The translations under genes were made by a program, and so were the position numbers. A stretch of 64,000 nt of DNA from Phyllosticta citribraziliensis (lineage: Eukaryota), in assembly GCF_038025025.1 (NCBI RefSeq), contig NW_027117347.1, forward strand, positions 806,001 through 870,000, written 5' to 3'. The notes beneath the pieces were generated by a model. The model was given only the letters and a program-made list of their open reading frames with translations, made no database searches and had not been told where the DNA came from. Below are positions 13,631 to 26,760 of the stretch, piece after piece. How positions within the stretch are numbered: position 1 is the first letter of the stretch; each line of letters begins with the position of its first letter.

Positions 13631-14928
13631 ATGGCCTTCTTATTCAGCCGCAACAGGCAGCGGAACAACATGGACCTCGTGCGGTCGACCAAAGAGACGC
13701 TGATGCGCGTGGCGGGCGAAGACAAGCCCCAGGCCAACAGGGCCGAGGAGGATCTGGCGAGGAACCTGGCTCAGATGAAGATGACGCTCTCAGGAACGCC
13801 AGGTACGATGGGCTCCACGGGCTCGTGTGACGAGCACTGACATGCGACAGACGCGGACGTGAGCCCCGAGCAGGTTTATCAGCTTGTCAATCTGATATGC
13901 TCCGAAGACGTCCTACTTCTGCTGGCCCAAAACATCCACAAGCTGCCCTTTGAGGCACGCAAGGATACCCAACTCATAATATCGAATGCCTTCCGATACA
14001 AGCTGCCCGGCAGCCCCCACGCCGAACCTCCTGCCATGAACCACGTCCTATCGAACCGACCCGAGGTCATAATAGAGCTTTGCTACGGATACGAGCGCAG
14101 AGAAAGCGCCATGGCATGCGGAGGAGTACTTCGCGAGGCATTGAAGCACGATGCGGTCGCGGCGTTGATCTTGTACGATGAGCCTGACCGGAGGGGGAAG
14201 GATATGCTGGCCCACATTGACCCCACCGTTCCCTCGACCGGCCAAGGCGTGTTCTGGAAGTTCTTTGAATGGATCGACAGGGGAGCGTTTGAGGCTTGCG
14301 CGGACGCGTTCAATACGTTTAGAGTGAGTGCCGGGCTGAGGGGCGGCGAAGCGAGAGAGCAACCGAGGGGCTGACGGGGAACAGGACATTCTGACCAAGC
14401 ACAAAGCGCTCGTGGCGGACTACTTGCAGGTCAACTTTGAGCGCTTCTTCAAGACTTACAACACGGTGTTGGTGCAGTCGGAGAGCTATGTTACCAAGCG
14501 GCAATCGATCAAGCTGCTCGGGGAGCTCCTGTTGGACCGTGCGAACTACAACGTCATGACACAATACGTTGCGTCAGGAGACAACCTGAAGATAATCATG
14601 AAGCTGCTTCGCGACGACAGGCGCATGATCAACTACGAGGGCTTCCATGTGTTCAAGGTGCGTTTCGAGGGAAGAGTTGGGGGGGTGACGAGTGCTGATG
14701 GAACGACAACAGGTGTTTGTTGCAAATCCCAACAAGTCGCTGGCCGTGCAAAAGATCTTGATCAACAACAGGGACCGGCTGCTGAGATTCCTGCCGTCGT
14801 TTCTGGACGATCGGACAGACGATGACCAGTTCACGGACGAAAAAAGCTTCCTGGTGCGGCAGATTGAGCTGCTTCCGCCAGCGCCGACGGCACCCGGACA
14901 GCAGGGACAGCAGGCGGGGCAAGCGTAG
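13631..14928 (+). CDS. HYM1: MO25/Hym1 (HymA) kinase scaffold protein, 4 exons
   Basis: MAFLFSR..., LPFEARKD, YVTKRQSIKLLGELLLDRANY, YEGFHVFKVFVANPNK and DDQFTDEKSFL are MO25-family motifs. Confidence 0.93.
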
Positions 14929-15809
14929 GAGTGGGTGGAAGGGCAGCGTTTCAAGGCGAATAAATTGAGAGAGCAGGTGGTTTGGTTTTGCATGGAAGGG
15001 CGTTTCTGGGCAGGGAAAGAATGGGGCGGGCAGGGCAGGTCAGGTCGCGGCGGAGTCACGGAGCACCTGCAGCGATAATTCACGCGAGGGCAGAAAAGGC
15101 CTGTGGGCGCAGATGACATTGGTGGGTGGCGGGCGGGCACGAGGACGACAGTCGGACTGGACGATGGGGGGGTCTTGAAGTTTGCTTCAGCGGTGATGTC
15201 AGAGTCGGCAGGGAAAAGGCGGGCAGCCTTAGGAGGCTCCGTCGGTGTCGGCGGCGGCGTGGGCCGCGGAACCTGCCCGGGCTGGAGGGTGTTTTTGTGG
15301 ATGGGCAGGACAGCGAAGCAAACGGGAGCGCAAAGGGCGAGGCGAGGCGACGCAGGCAGAGGGCGTCATGTACCGTATCGCATGATGATGGATGGTGTCG
15401 AGGTTGAGGACGCAGGTGAACCATGTCCGTCCCGTCAGTCGCAGAGAGAGCCGGCCTGGAGCCGCCGCCGGGCCCTGTCGCGAAATACGTCATCGCCCTT
15501 TTGGCTCAGCACAGGTCTGCACTGGCTCTGGCTCTGGCTCTGGCACTGGCTCTGGCTGGCTTCTGTTCCCGCCCTAGTCCAGGTAGGCCTTTCCGTTACT
15601 TGCGACCTTGCGTCCGTCGTTCTTCGCGCATTCAGAGTCCGCCTCACCCCAGACTGCTGCACCGCAGTGAACCAACATTCCACCACCTCCCTCCCACGTC
15701 TCTCAGGTCTGATGTGGCCTCCGCGCAGCATTGGCTCCTCCTCTTCCTCAGCTCCAGTCGTCCTGCGCCCTCAAGAACTCGGGCCCTGGCAGGAGACGGG
15801 CACGGCGAT

Positions 15810-18800
15810 ATGATCACAAATTCAACGCCGCCTTCTCCATCACCGTCTGCTGCCAGAGCCAAAGGCGGCTCCCACGCCCACGCCCACTCCCACCCGCACT
15901 CGCACTCGCACTCCCACTCCGCCGACCAAGAGCCCCAGATCCAACTCCCAACATCCACAGCCACGACCACTACTGCTACCACGACCACTCCTCCCGCTCA
16001 AGCTACCAGCAACCAGTACTTCGCTCCAGACCAGACTCCCCCTTCTCGTCCGTCGCTGCATCGATCCTCGCGCGTCTCCTCCCCGCCAAGCGATGAAACG
16101 CCTGCGCTGAAGCAATCTCTTGGCTCTGTGCCTTCGACCACCACCACCACGACCACCACCGCCTCTGCTACCACCACCACGCCCGCCGTTGCCGACCTCC
16201 CACCCACTTCCCACCCTTCCTCTCCCGCCGCCAATGCCGCTACTGTCTCTGCGACCGCCGCTCCTCCCCCACGAGAGGCGCCCGCATCCAACCCAGCCCT
16301 CGACGAGATCGACAGGTTGAGGCACGCCGTCAATGCGAAAATGGTCCTGAGTCAGCAGCGCGCTAAGTTGGGTGCCATGGGTGGTGCGCCTCCAAGTCCT
16401 CGCTCTCTGGGTTCGCGCAGGGTCTCACCCGTCACTGAAGAAGCTCACGTCGAGGCCACAATATCTCCCTCGCTCGATGCTGCCTTCAGCAGTCCCGTCC
16501 CTACCGGTTCGCTGACGACGTCGACCGAGTCGACCGAGTCGTCTAGGACTGTGCGCGGCAGCGTCCCCGCCACGCCCGCTCAAATGCCTATGCGGACCCC
16601 GTCCTATCCTTTTCCATATGTGCCTGGAAGCACTAGATCCTGGTCTTCTTCATTCCATCAGCCATTTACTACTTTGTCGCCTACCGTTGGCGCGCTTAAT
16701 TCCAAGGACGAAACCCCGCGAGAAAGGCAAATGTCGGGCGTCAGTACTCCGGCCCCCGTCGCTGCGAATTTCATGCCCCCCGGCTCCTCAATGCCTGTTG
16801 TCGAGGACATGCAGTACCCTACGCCTAATTTATATGACCTCACGCTGGTGCTGAGCTCCGAGCCTGGGTTGGACGCCTGGTGGGCGGCTGTTACAAACAT
16901 CATGACGGACTGGTATGGAGCGGAAAGGGTAACGCTTGCTGTGCCAGCTGACCCGACCGACATTGAAAATGTTCCTTGGGGGCAAAAAGCGACCTTTGGA
17001 ATCAATGGACCGCCTCAGACACGAGCGTCGGCAAGAATGCACCACCAGTCAAAGACGAAGGATGCGAGACCCAAAGACGGCAAAGCCAAAGAGACAAAAG
17101 GCAAGGATTTCAAGAGCGAATGTGTGGATTCTACGCAAAACGAGGCGGATTGCGAGGTGAACAGAAAAAGAAACAGGCCAAAGCTGGAGTCGCGGCATTC
17201 GTTTGCTGGACATGAACGCGTCAAAAAAGAAGGCGAAAACGAGAAGAAATCAGCCGAACGTCCGAGTAGACCGCGCGGGTTGATGAGAACAGCAAGCCAT
17301 GCATTGCATAATGTGGGCACGTCAGAAACGCCAATCCCCATACGCGAGCCCGCGATGCCGGCACAGTTTCCTCATTTCCAAAAACAGTACGTCCAGGAGT
17401 CTACCTTTAGCGATCCCGATTTTTCCAGCATTGGCGAAGATTTGCACATTGGACGTCACGCAGAGGTCTTTCCGGTGCTACGCGCGCTGGACAATGAAGC
17501 GCACGCGCTTATAGACAACGCTGGCGTCAATCGGGTCTTGGAAAGAGGCAAGCTGGTCACTCTTACGCGCGATTACTCGACGACAGAGCCTTCAGAGAGA
17601 GACAACAGTGGACGACTTGGCGCTTCGAAAGCGTCCGAAACGAAGACGACAACTTCAAAGAGAGATCCCTCTCATATGACTTCAGAAAGCCGAAGCAGGG
17701 CGAGTACTCTTGGCGGGGATGACGTCTACCGTCTCAAGCTGGCTACGCATTACGAAGAGTACGAGCAGTATCCGAGTTCTCCATGGGCTCAGTCTCCAGC
17801 TCCATCGCCCGCCATCCAAGCCAACCCTGGCGAAAACCCCTTCTTTGCTGGGGCCAATGTCGATGAAGAATCTTTCAATCCTACTGGAGCAGGCCCAGAT
17901 TACTCTCAGTTTGGACCAGTGGAAGCTATTGGCGTAGACCGAGCCAGTACAGTTACTCACGTTCCTCTGATTCATCCTGTGCTCTCTCAGGTGATGCAGC
18001 CTTTTGACACTGAGACTCCAGCTGATACTCCGGCCGAATCCCGTCTACGCCAGGCAGCGTCTACTGCGTCGTCGGAGATACCAGGTTTCCAAAGAAAGGC
18101 GCCGATAGCCATCCTCTCGATGCTGTCATCTACTGTGCCTTATCCGCAGAACCTCACACAATCCTTGAAGCTTCTTTCTCCGCACCTTGCCACTACGTTT
18201 TCAAACGCGATGCATTTTTGCAACGCCCAGCGGCAAGTCTTGGACTCTCGCCATCGGCGGTTTGACACGAGCCATCCCCCATCAGGCTTCACTTCGGCCT
18301 CGGCAGACACCGAGAGCTTGGACGATCTCCTCCAGCTCGACATGGACCAGCTCAACGAGTCTGCAACGGGGAGCATGACAAGTCCTTCAGAATACTCTGT
18401 GCGCTCAAAGAATAGCCCTGGCGGTTCGCTTGCAGGTACACCTGGGTGGGACCCGTCATTATTTGGCTTTTCGTCGAGCAAACATTCCGTTGGAAACACC
18501 CCTGGTCATGTACTTGGCAGTGACGTCGTCGACAGTTACTTCGATGCCAAGAAGAAGACTGCCGGTAGTCGATCTGGCAATAGTGGTGATACACCGCCTC
18601 CCATGGACCTCAAACCCACCAGTCGCAAAGTGGTTTCGATTTTACCACACGAAGATGACGACACGACGCCAAAGCTTGATCCACAGCCCACTGGCAAGAC
18701 ACCACTCAAGGAAAAGCCGCAGGATTCCACCTTGCGGGACCGCGTGAACTCTCCCCGCAGAATGAGCTTGCGATTGAACCAGGCAGAACGCGATCACCAG

Positions 18801-21800
18801 CGACAGCACAGCTTCCTCCACTCGTACGGAGCCGACTTCAGTTCGTCTTTCCAATCTTTACCTGCGGCTACGACGCCTCTTCGCACTCCTGCCATCCCTC
18901 ATGGCCACGTCAGGAGCGGATCAATGTCTGAACGTCCCGACATGCCACCTCCTTCTGAGCGGCTACTACGGACAATAATAGACTCGCTTCCCGTCCAGGT
19001 CTTTACAGCTGCACCATCAACTGGGGCTTTGACGTGGGCCAACACCAAGTTTTTAGTCTACCGGGGCCAGGATTCTCGTCAGGTTCTGCAAGAGCCGTGG
19101 GATGCGATCCACCCGGAGGATCGCACCGAATACACAAACATGTGGACCAGGTCTCTAAGAACCGGCCAGCAGTTCCAGCAAAAAGCTCGCGTCAAGCGAT
19201 TCGACGGTCACTACCGCTGGTTCTACGTACGCGCTGCGCCGTTGAAAGACAAGCGCCAAAATATCGTGCACTGGATCGGCACCAACATGGATGTTCATGA
19301 ACAGCATCTTGCCGAGATCAACGCCGCTCGACAGCAAGAGACGGCAGCGTCCGAGGCAAAGTACCGGGCACTGGCGAATTCCAGCCCGCAAATAGTCTTT
19401 GCCGTCACCAAAAAGAAGGGCCTTACATTCTGCAACAGTCAATGGCTCACTTACTCAGGCCAATCAGAACACGAAGCGCAGGGTTTAGGCTTCATGGACT
19501 ATGTGCACCAGGAGGATATTGTCAAATGCCGTTTGCCCGACTTTGAAGACGATTGCGCGACACCCAAGAATGTCCCTCTCTCCATGCCTGCTGACCTCAA
19601 ACGCTCGAATTCTCTTTCCAATGACTCGAACGCTTCGAGTGATTCGAGCGCAACCAAGACGGTGATGAGTCCAGGCGCAACGTCTCCAACAATCCACATG
19701 CCGCAGACAAGACTTTCCAAACTTGCCGATACAGGCATCCTCAAGGTGACGAGAGATCCGGACGGGAGACCATCTTACTCGACAGAAGTTCGGCTGAAAT
19801 CGAAGGACGGCTCATTCCATTGGCATCTCGTGCGAATCTTGCTGGCAGAGCCCGTTCTACAGGGTGAAGACGAGGAAGAGACGTGGTATGGAACTTGCAC
19901 AGACATCAATGACCACAAGCTCCTGGAGCAGACTTTGAAGGAGACGATGGATGCCAAGTCGAGATTCTTGAGCAACATGTCACACGAGATCAGGACGCCT
20001 CTCAATGGCATCACTGGCATGGTCAACTTCTTGATCGACAGCAACCTCACATCCGAACAGATGGAACATGTCAACATCATCCGCAGCAGTACCGAAGGCC
20101 TACGAGATTTGATCAACGACATTCTCGACCTGTCTAAGGTCGAAGCCGGCATGATCACTTTGTCTATGGACTGGCTGCACATCCGGTCGCTAATTGAGGA
20201 AGTCAACGATCTGACTTCAGCCATGGCAATTAACAAGGGTCTGGAACTCAACTACATTGTTGAGGAAGAAGTCCCGTCCATGGTCAAGGGAGACAGGTTC
20301 CGGATCCGGCAGGTCCTGCTCAATGTGATTGGAAACGCCATCAAGTTCACGCAAAAGGGCGAAGTGTTTGTGCGTTGCAGAATGGCTGACAACCAAGACT
20401 CGATCGAGCCAGGAAAAGAATCACTTGTCCAATTCGACGTCATTGATACAGGCTCTGGATTCACTGAGAAAGAAGCCGAATACCTCTTCAAGCGCTTCAG
20501 CCAGATCGATGGAAGCAGCACAAGACAGCATGGGGGCACAGGACTTGGTCTCGCAATTTCAATGCAGCTGGTAGAGCTTCACGGCGGCAAGATGAAAGCT
20601 ACCAGTGTTCCAGGGAAAGGATCGACTTTTACTTTTACCATCAAGTTTACGCTGCCTTCCAGCAAGGAGCAGCCCCCGGCTGAAGCTATGAGCTCCGCAA
20701 CTCCATTCCCGACACCAGCTGCACCTCCTTCTACGCCAGTCCGCCCTGCCAAGCCCGCCTCCCCGATTAAAGCTCCGAGCAACTCATCCATCAAGGCAGC
20801 TGACTCGGCATCTTCGTCTGCAAGTTCTGATCCTTCAATCAGGACTGGTCGCACCAGTCTCCCCTCAACACGGTCATCGGCTTCGTCCTTTGTGTCGGAC
20901 ACTAGACCTGTGACTATGAATCTTTCTTTGCCGCATGACTCTTCGAAAAGAGCGGAATCAAGCGAGTCCAATGAGTCGACTTCCACAGTTCGACAGGCCA
21001 CAGAAGTCCCGACCAAGGCAGCGACCCCACCAGTTGCAGCTCAGCCTCCGATGTACTCAATCTTGGTTGTCTGCCCTCTGGTCTTCAGCAGGGATGCGAC
21101 GGTCAAGCACGTCGAGATGACGCTCCCAAAAACGGTGCCTGCTCAAATCACTGCCCGAGAGTCTATCGAAGAGTGTCGCAGGATGATATCGAGCGATGAT
21201 CCAGTAATCTTCACACACATCGTCCTTGTGCTGCACGAATCCAAAGAAGTGCTCGACTTCACCGAGCAAGTCTTCAATTCGCAGTTGCACTCGAACACAA
21301 GTGTCATTGTCATCTGCGACCTTGTCCAGAAACGTGAGATCATGACAGAGGAACGTGCACGCACGTACGACAAACTGGTTGGCGAGCGCCGCCTGCGGTT
21401 CATTTTCAAGCCGCTCAAGCCGTCGAAGTTTGCAGTCATTTTCGACCCCCAACGAGAGAGGGAGCTGAGCACCGATCGCAACGAAAACAGTGCGCAGCAG
21501 GTGGCAGTCAACCAGAAGATGGTATTTGACGACATGAAGCGACGATTGGGCAACAAAGGCCACCGCGTGCTGTTGGTCGAAGACAACAAGATTAATCAAA
21601 CGGTACGCTGGATTCCTTTGCGAATTGTGTGATTGATTCTGACTTGAGCAGGTACTCCTCAAACTACTAAGCAAAGTGGCGATCAACGTCGAGACTGTCT
21701 TGGACGGCGTGGAATGCACAGACGCGGTCTTCTCCAAAGACCATGGGTATTACTCCATCATACTCGTAAGTTGAGCCGTGTTTGTGACAAATCACGCGGA

Positions 21801-22089
21801 AGCTGACTTTGAGTAACAGTGCGATCTTCACATGCCGAACAAGGACGGATACCAAACATGCAGAGAAATACGCCAGTGGGAGAAGCGGAAGAAGTACCCG
21901 CACTTGCCGATAATAGCACTGTCGGCCAACGTGCTTGGAGACGTGTACTCGCAGTGCGTGGATGCCGGCTTCAACTCGTACGTGACGAAGCCGGTCGATT
22001 TCAAGGAGCTCAGTTCGGTGATGACGAGGTTTTTGGATCCGCTGGATCCGTCCAAACCACACGAGTTCATGCGACCGCGGAAAGAGTAA
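15810..22089 (+). CDS. Hybrid sensor histidine kinase with two PAS/PAC domains, HisKA, HATPase_c and C-terminal receiver (introns 21603-21651, 21766-21819); start codon uncertain
   Basis: PAS motifs (IHPEDR, DGHYRWF, HWIGTNMD), H-box FLSNMSHEIRTPLNG, N-box QVLLNVIGNAIKFT, G boxes DTGSG and GGTGLGL; receiver VLLVEDN...YSIILCDLHMP...SAN...YVTKP after splicing. Confidence 0.92.
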
Positions 22090-22987
22090 CGAGCAGCATC
22101 ATGCAAGGGACCAATCCATCTATCTCACTGTTTGCAAGCATTTCACCGAGAAGGAGGAGGACTAAGCCGGCGCATATTGCATCTGGGGAAAGGACAATGA
22201 CCAGGCGAATGGCGCAGGGGCTGCTTACAAAATACCAATGACAGGGCATACTTTTATATACCTTTCGAGTTCGTTTCGGGCCTTCGGCGGTTCTGGTACT
22301 GGGAGGTGCCTCTTGGGGGCCATTCGCGATGCGATGGCTGCGCGTTTCATTCTTTCATTTGCCATCTTTTTGTTCGTGGTCTTTCAGTCTGGCCTTGAAG
22401 CGTCCACGCTTGCGCGAGCTGCGGCGGTGGTGGATACGACGGCATGCATTAGCAGAGGGCGGTTGGAATTCTTTGGACGCAGCATTCAAAACTGTAGTTG
22501 ACGACGCGAGGTTTCAGGGAGTGGACAGAGGCGAGCGGGCGAGGGGTCGGCGTTTGTAGCTGGCACGTAGCACGAGCAGTGTAACAATACGAAGAGAAGA
22601 ATTGGCACAATGGTGGTTTGGAGGTCTGGGCGGGGCGGTGCATCACGCTTGGAGTCGCTGGGGGGTCTTGTTTAGCCACCCTTGACTCGGCCACCCGCGC
22701 GATAGTGACCCTTTTCGGCCCTGGCGCTGCGCTAGCCTTTGGATCGCCCAGTGCCACTGCCCCCAGAGGCGTTTCATCACCTCCATCTTGTTGCTTACCT
22801 ACTTACCGCACCCTCAACCTGCTTCCCCACCGATCCACTCACCATCGAACTCTCTGCCCCCGCCGCCTCTTGGCTTCACTATCGCTCTTCCTCTCCGCAG
22901 GCCTCGGTCGCCGCCACCGACTCGTTTTCCTCCCGTCGTGTGCCCATCTCTACCATTACGCCCTCGACCCGTTGACTCGTGCCGCCC

Positions 22988-24626
22988 ATGCGGCTCCAAC
23001 GAGCCCTGTGCCCGGCGCGGGCGTCGCCGCTGTCCCTCCTCTCTTTCGCTCTCCTCGCCTTGTCGTCACACGCCGAAGCCGAAGAATTAAAAGTAGAAGC
23101 CACCAAAAATGTCACCTGCACCCGCAAAACCCACGAGGGTGACGTCGTCAACATCAACTACCGCGGCGTGCTCAAGAGCGACAATACAGTCTTTGACGAC
23201 AGCTACAAGAGGGGCTCCCCCATAGGTTTCGAGCTCGGCGCAGGACAGGTCATCCAGGGCTTCGATGTGGGGTCGATGGACATGTGCATCGGGGAGGCGA
23301 GGAGGTTGACCATCCCGCCGGAGCTTGCTTATGGCGAAAGCGGCGCCGGTCCCATACCACCCAAATCGACGTTACGTAGGTCGAATCTCGTGCTACCACA
23401 GACGCGTGCGCTGACATGTCTCGAACACAGTCTTTGACATACAACTCATGGGCATCGAGGGTGTGACGCCAGATAAAGCACCGACGCCGGAACCGCCCCC
23501 GCCGCTACCACCGCTACATTCTGAGGAAGGGCAACACGGACACTCGGAATCAGAAGGACAGCAGCACGGAATACAAGGCGGACCGAAGAATGACAAGCCG
23601 GAGCATAGGGGAGAGTGTCGTTTGCTAGGCCCCTTTGCGCTCGTGATTCAGGGCGCCCTGGGAGCCCTGGCCTTACTTTCGCTGGTTTGGAAGAGATGGC
23701 GCGAGAGCCCAAGACGACCCGTCAAGGTCTGGTCCTTTGACGTATCAAAACAGGTTGTGGGCTCTATCCTACTTCACTTGGCGAACCTCTTCATGTCGAT
23801 GCTGTCTTCGGGCGATTTTCAAATTGCCGCGGAAGAGAGAGTCAAGGCCGTGAGGCCAAACTTCATCAAGGGCAAGGATATGCCCAACCCTTGCTCTTTT
23901 TACCTCCTCAATCTCGCAATAGACGTAAGTACTGTCCCCGCTGGCTCGCAACGAGGCGAAACTAACAGGTCCCAGACCACGCTTGGAATCCCCATCCTCG
24001 TCTTCTTCCTCCGCCTCTACCACGCCCTGTTCCTCCGCACAGCAATGGCCAACCCCCCTGAGTCCATCAAATCTGGCAACTATGGCCAGCCTCCTCGTGC
24101 CACATGGTGGCTGAAACAGTCTCTGATATATTTTCTCGGTCTCTTCAGCATGAAGCTCTGCGTCTTCTTCATTTTCCAAGTTTTCCCGTGGTTAGGCTGG
24201 GTCGGCGACTGGGCATTGCGCTGGACCGAGGGCAACGAGGCCGTCCAAATCGCCTTTGTCATGTTCATTTTCCCGGTGGTCATGAACGCGATACAATACT
24301 ACATTATCGACAGCTTCATCAAAGATACCTCCGGTGGAGACGCCCATTACGAGGCAGTGGGTCCTTCGGATGAAGACGACGAACGACGGCGGCTGCAGCG
24401 CGACAGCTTCGACGACGACAGCGAGGACGAGACGTATGAGCACGCACGAGGAAGCCGCGACCGGCGTAAGCAGCTGTCGCGAGCCAGTACGCACGAGGTT
24501 CTTAAGGAGGCCAATCCGCTACCCGTCCCCGAGTACCAGACGCTTCCCGGAGATGGTGGCAGCTCTAGCAGTCCGCGGAGCTTGGAAAGCACGGCAACGA
24601 AAGAGTTAGAGCCGGAGAACAGATAG
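22988..24626 (+). CDS. Signal peptide + FKBP-type PPIase fused to STIMATE/YPL162C-like multi-pass membrane domain (introns 23376-23430, 23925-23975)
   Basis: FKBP motifs YRGVL...FDDSY...GAGQVIQGFD...MCIGEARRLTIPPELAYG...IPPKSTL(L)FDIQLM continue in frame into CRLLGPFALVIQGALG...KRWRESPRRPVKVWSFDVSKQ...NPCSFYLLN...Q..FVMFIFPVVMNAIQYYIIDSFIK. Confidence 0.85.
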
Positions 24627-26113
24627 AGCAACCCGGCCCTAACGAATTTCATTTCTTCAGCCAAAGTTGAGGCGCATACTCGTATACTCATGGAGCAGCG
24701 CGTTTCCCAGACGAACACATACATACCCAGGACTGTCTGATCCGGGCTCAGGCACACAGACGACGTCCTTTTTTTCCCTTGGTATTCTTCTCTCTTATTT
24801 CTTCCGGAGCGGCACGGCATACGGCTTGGGGGGGAACAGGGGCGTGTCGCGGGGCGTTTTTGTGCCATCTTTTTCAGCAATTTCTCCTTGGCTTCTTCTA
24901 GGTTTGGGGCGGTGTTGTCTCTTGTTTATTCCCCTCCTCCTCCACTTCAAGTCTTCTTGCCGCTCGGAAAATAACACGTCACAAGCCGCGTTTCGACGCT
25001 GCCTTTTCTCCTCTGCCTCTCTTCTTCTCGCTCTGCATGACTCGGTGCCAACCAACCATCCATCCATCCATCCAACCCTTTCGCTTTTCATATTCCCCCG
25101 CAACTTTCCTCTTTTCGTCGTTTCCTTGGCTGGAATGCGTGGATGGGCTGCCCGCCGTGGTGTGCAGATGGCGCGCGTCAATTGGTTGAGACGGCAGGGG
25201 AGACTGAGAAGGACTGGCTGGTACATATGGTGTGGGTAGAACGAACAGCAACTCTTGCGCTCTCGTGCGCTAACGTCACTGCCTGTACTGCTGCTGGTGT
25301 CGTTGATGAAAGCCGTATGTCAGCTGGGAAGAGGCGACGTTGATATTGCGGGCATTGACGTGGAGCACCTAGACGGTGACACATATCATCAATCACGTTT
25401 GCAAAGACAGGAAATTCGTCGTCGAAAACTTGGAGCCACGGCTCTGAAGCCCGCTACTCTGTCTTCCTAACTCGTCCGCTCGCCCACCCGAAGCTGCCGA
25501 GCTTTCATCATCTTGGCACCGCCCGCTTGCTTGCCACCTGGCTCTCTCGCTCTCTTACTGTCTTGACGGCGGGTGAGCGGGTGCGGCGGAGCAGAGTGAC
25601 GTGCACATTATCATTTGCTTGTCTGGGCTCTTGGCGCCGGGGCGGAGGAGTGCGGATGGAGAAAGCAATGAACGGACGGGATGGGATGAGCAGGGTAGAC
25701 GGGAGTTGTGAAGAGGCGGTGGGTTTGGTGTGTGGTGGATGGCGGGCGGAGGCAAGACGGAGGTTCGCGTGGTTTCAGGGGGCGGGCAAGTTGGCGAGGG
25801 GTCGGTTGCCGTTGCTGCGCTTCGCGTTTGACGGTAGCGCGTCGTTGGGGTCTCTCGCTTGCTCTCGCGATTTCGCGCGAGATGGTCAAGACAGATGCGC
25901 GTCCGAGATATTTGGGAGGGTAGATGGGCAGCATTTCGCTGATCATCAGAGGAAGAGGGAGAATGGAGATACTGCGTGTGATTGAACCGCTGTTTGGAAT
26001 TGCCGCGTTGCAATCGCGATCAATTTTTAAGGACGGAAAGAAAAGGGTGCTAAGTCCGCTTGCAATACCGGGGAGTATTATAATGGTAGCGGCGAATGTG
26101 TTGTTCACGTAAA

Positions 26114-26586
26114 TTAAGCGCTCTCCCTGATCGCCGCCTTCGCGCTCGCAATCGCCTCCTTGGCCTTGGTGATCTCGTCGGTTGGCGCGGCCTCCTTGTT
26201 TGCCTCCTGAGACGCATGTGAGATTCGTGGCCAACACCTGGACTAGGCAGAATAATTGCTGCTGCACTTACCAGTTCGTCTTCAAGCTTGGCGACGGCGT
26301 CCTTGATCTTTTCGCCCAGTGCAGGCAGCACGTTCTTGGTCTCTTCCAGGGCTTGGCGCTAGATTCGTTAGGGCTGGAGTCAGCGCTGATTGTGGTTATG
26401 GTGTTGTATTTTCTGCAGACGGACCTCTTGCTTCAACTGGTATTCGGCATTCTCATCGGCGGTGTCGGTTTCGAGCTTCTGAATGCGCGCCTGCTGTTGC
26501 TCGAGCTCCTTGTGGTAGCTGGCCTCCTCTTTGACGAGACGGATGACTGAAGAAGAGAGAACGGCAAGTTTCGAGGGTGGCGCCAT
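26114..26586 (-). CDS. RBL2: Tubulin-specific chaperone A (cofactor A), 3 exons
   Basis: MAPPSKL...VIRLVKEEASYHKELEQQ...ENAEYQLKQE|RQALEETKNVLP...LEDEL|EANKE...EITKAKEAI matches the TBCA pattern. Confidence 0.9.
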
Positions 26587-26714
26587 GATGGTGTCTTTTC
26601 TTTTTTGTGTTGAATGTTGACAAGTCGGGAGAGGCTCACGCTCAAGGATGGCTTGAAGCAACTTGGTGCACGGCGGGACAGCAGAAGCCTACGATTGGCT
26701 GAGCGCAGGCAAGA

Positions 26715-26760
26715 ACGCGCTAACCATATTGGGCTCAAATTGAACGCGACGCGAACGCGT
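26715..26760. promoter_or_regulatory. Cluster of MCB-like (ACGCGT/ACGCGA) cell-cycle elements in the divergent TBCA/MCM4 promoter
   Basis: ACGCGC 26715, ACGCGA 26744 and 26749, ACGCGT 26755; about 140 bp upstream of the MCM4 ATG. Confidence 0.6.

Noticed and set aside
15423..15809. In-frame upstream extension of the histidine kinase ORF
   Set aside because: Runs through a (CTGGCT)n microsatellite giving ALALAL and resembles pyrimidine-rich 5' UTR. A downstream ATG (15810) is preferred, though not proven.
25296..25520. C/D snoRNA, RNase P/MRP or TPP riboswitch identity for the structured segment
   Set aside because: TGATGA and GGAAATTCG words are present, but a correctly placed D box, the P4 partner strand and TPP aptamer motifs are missing; kept only as an unassigned candidate.
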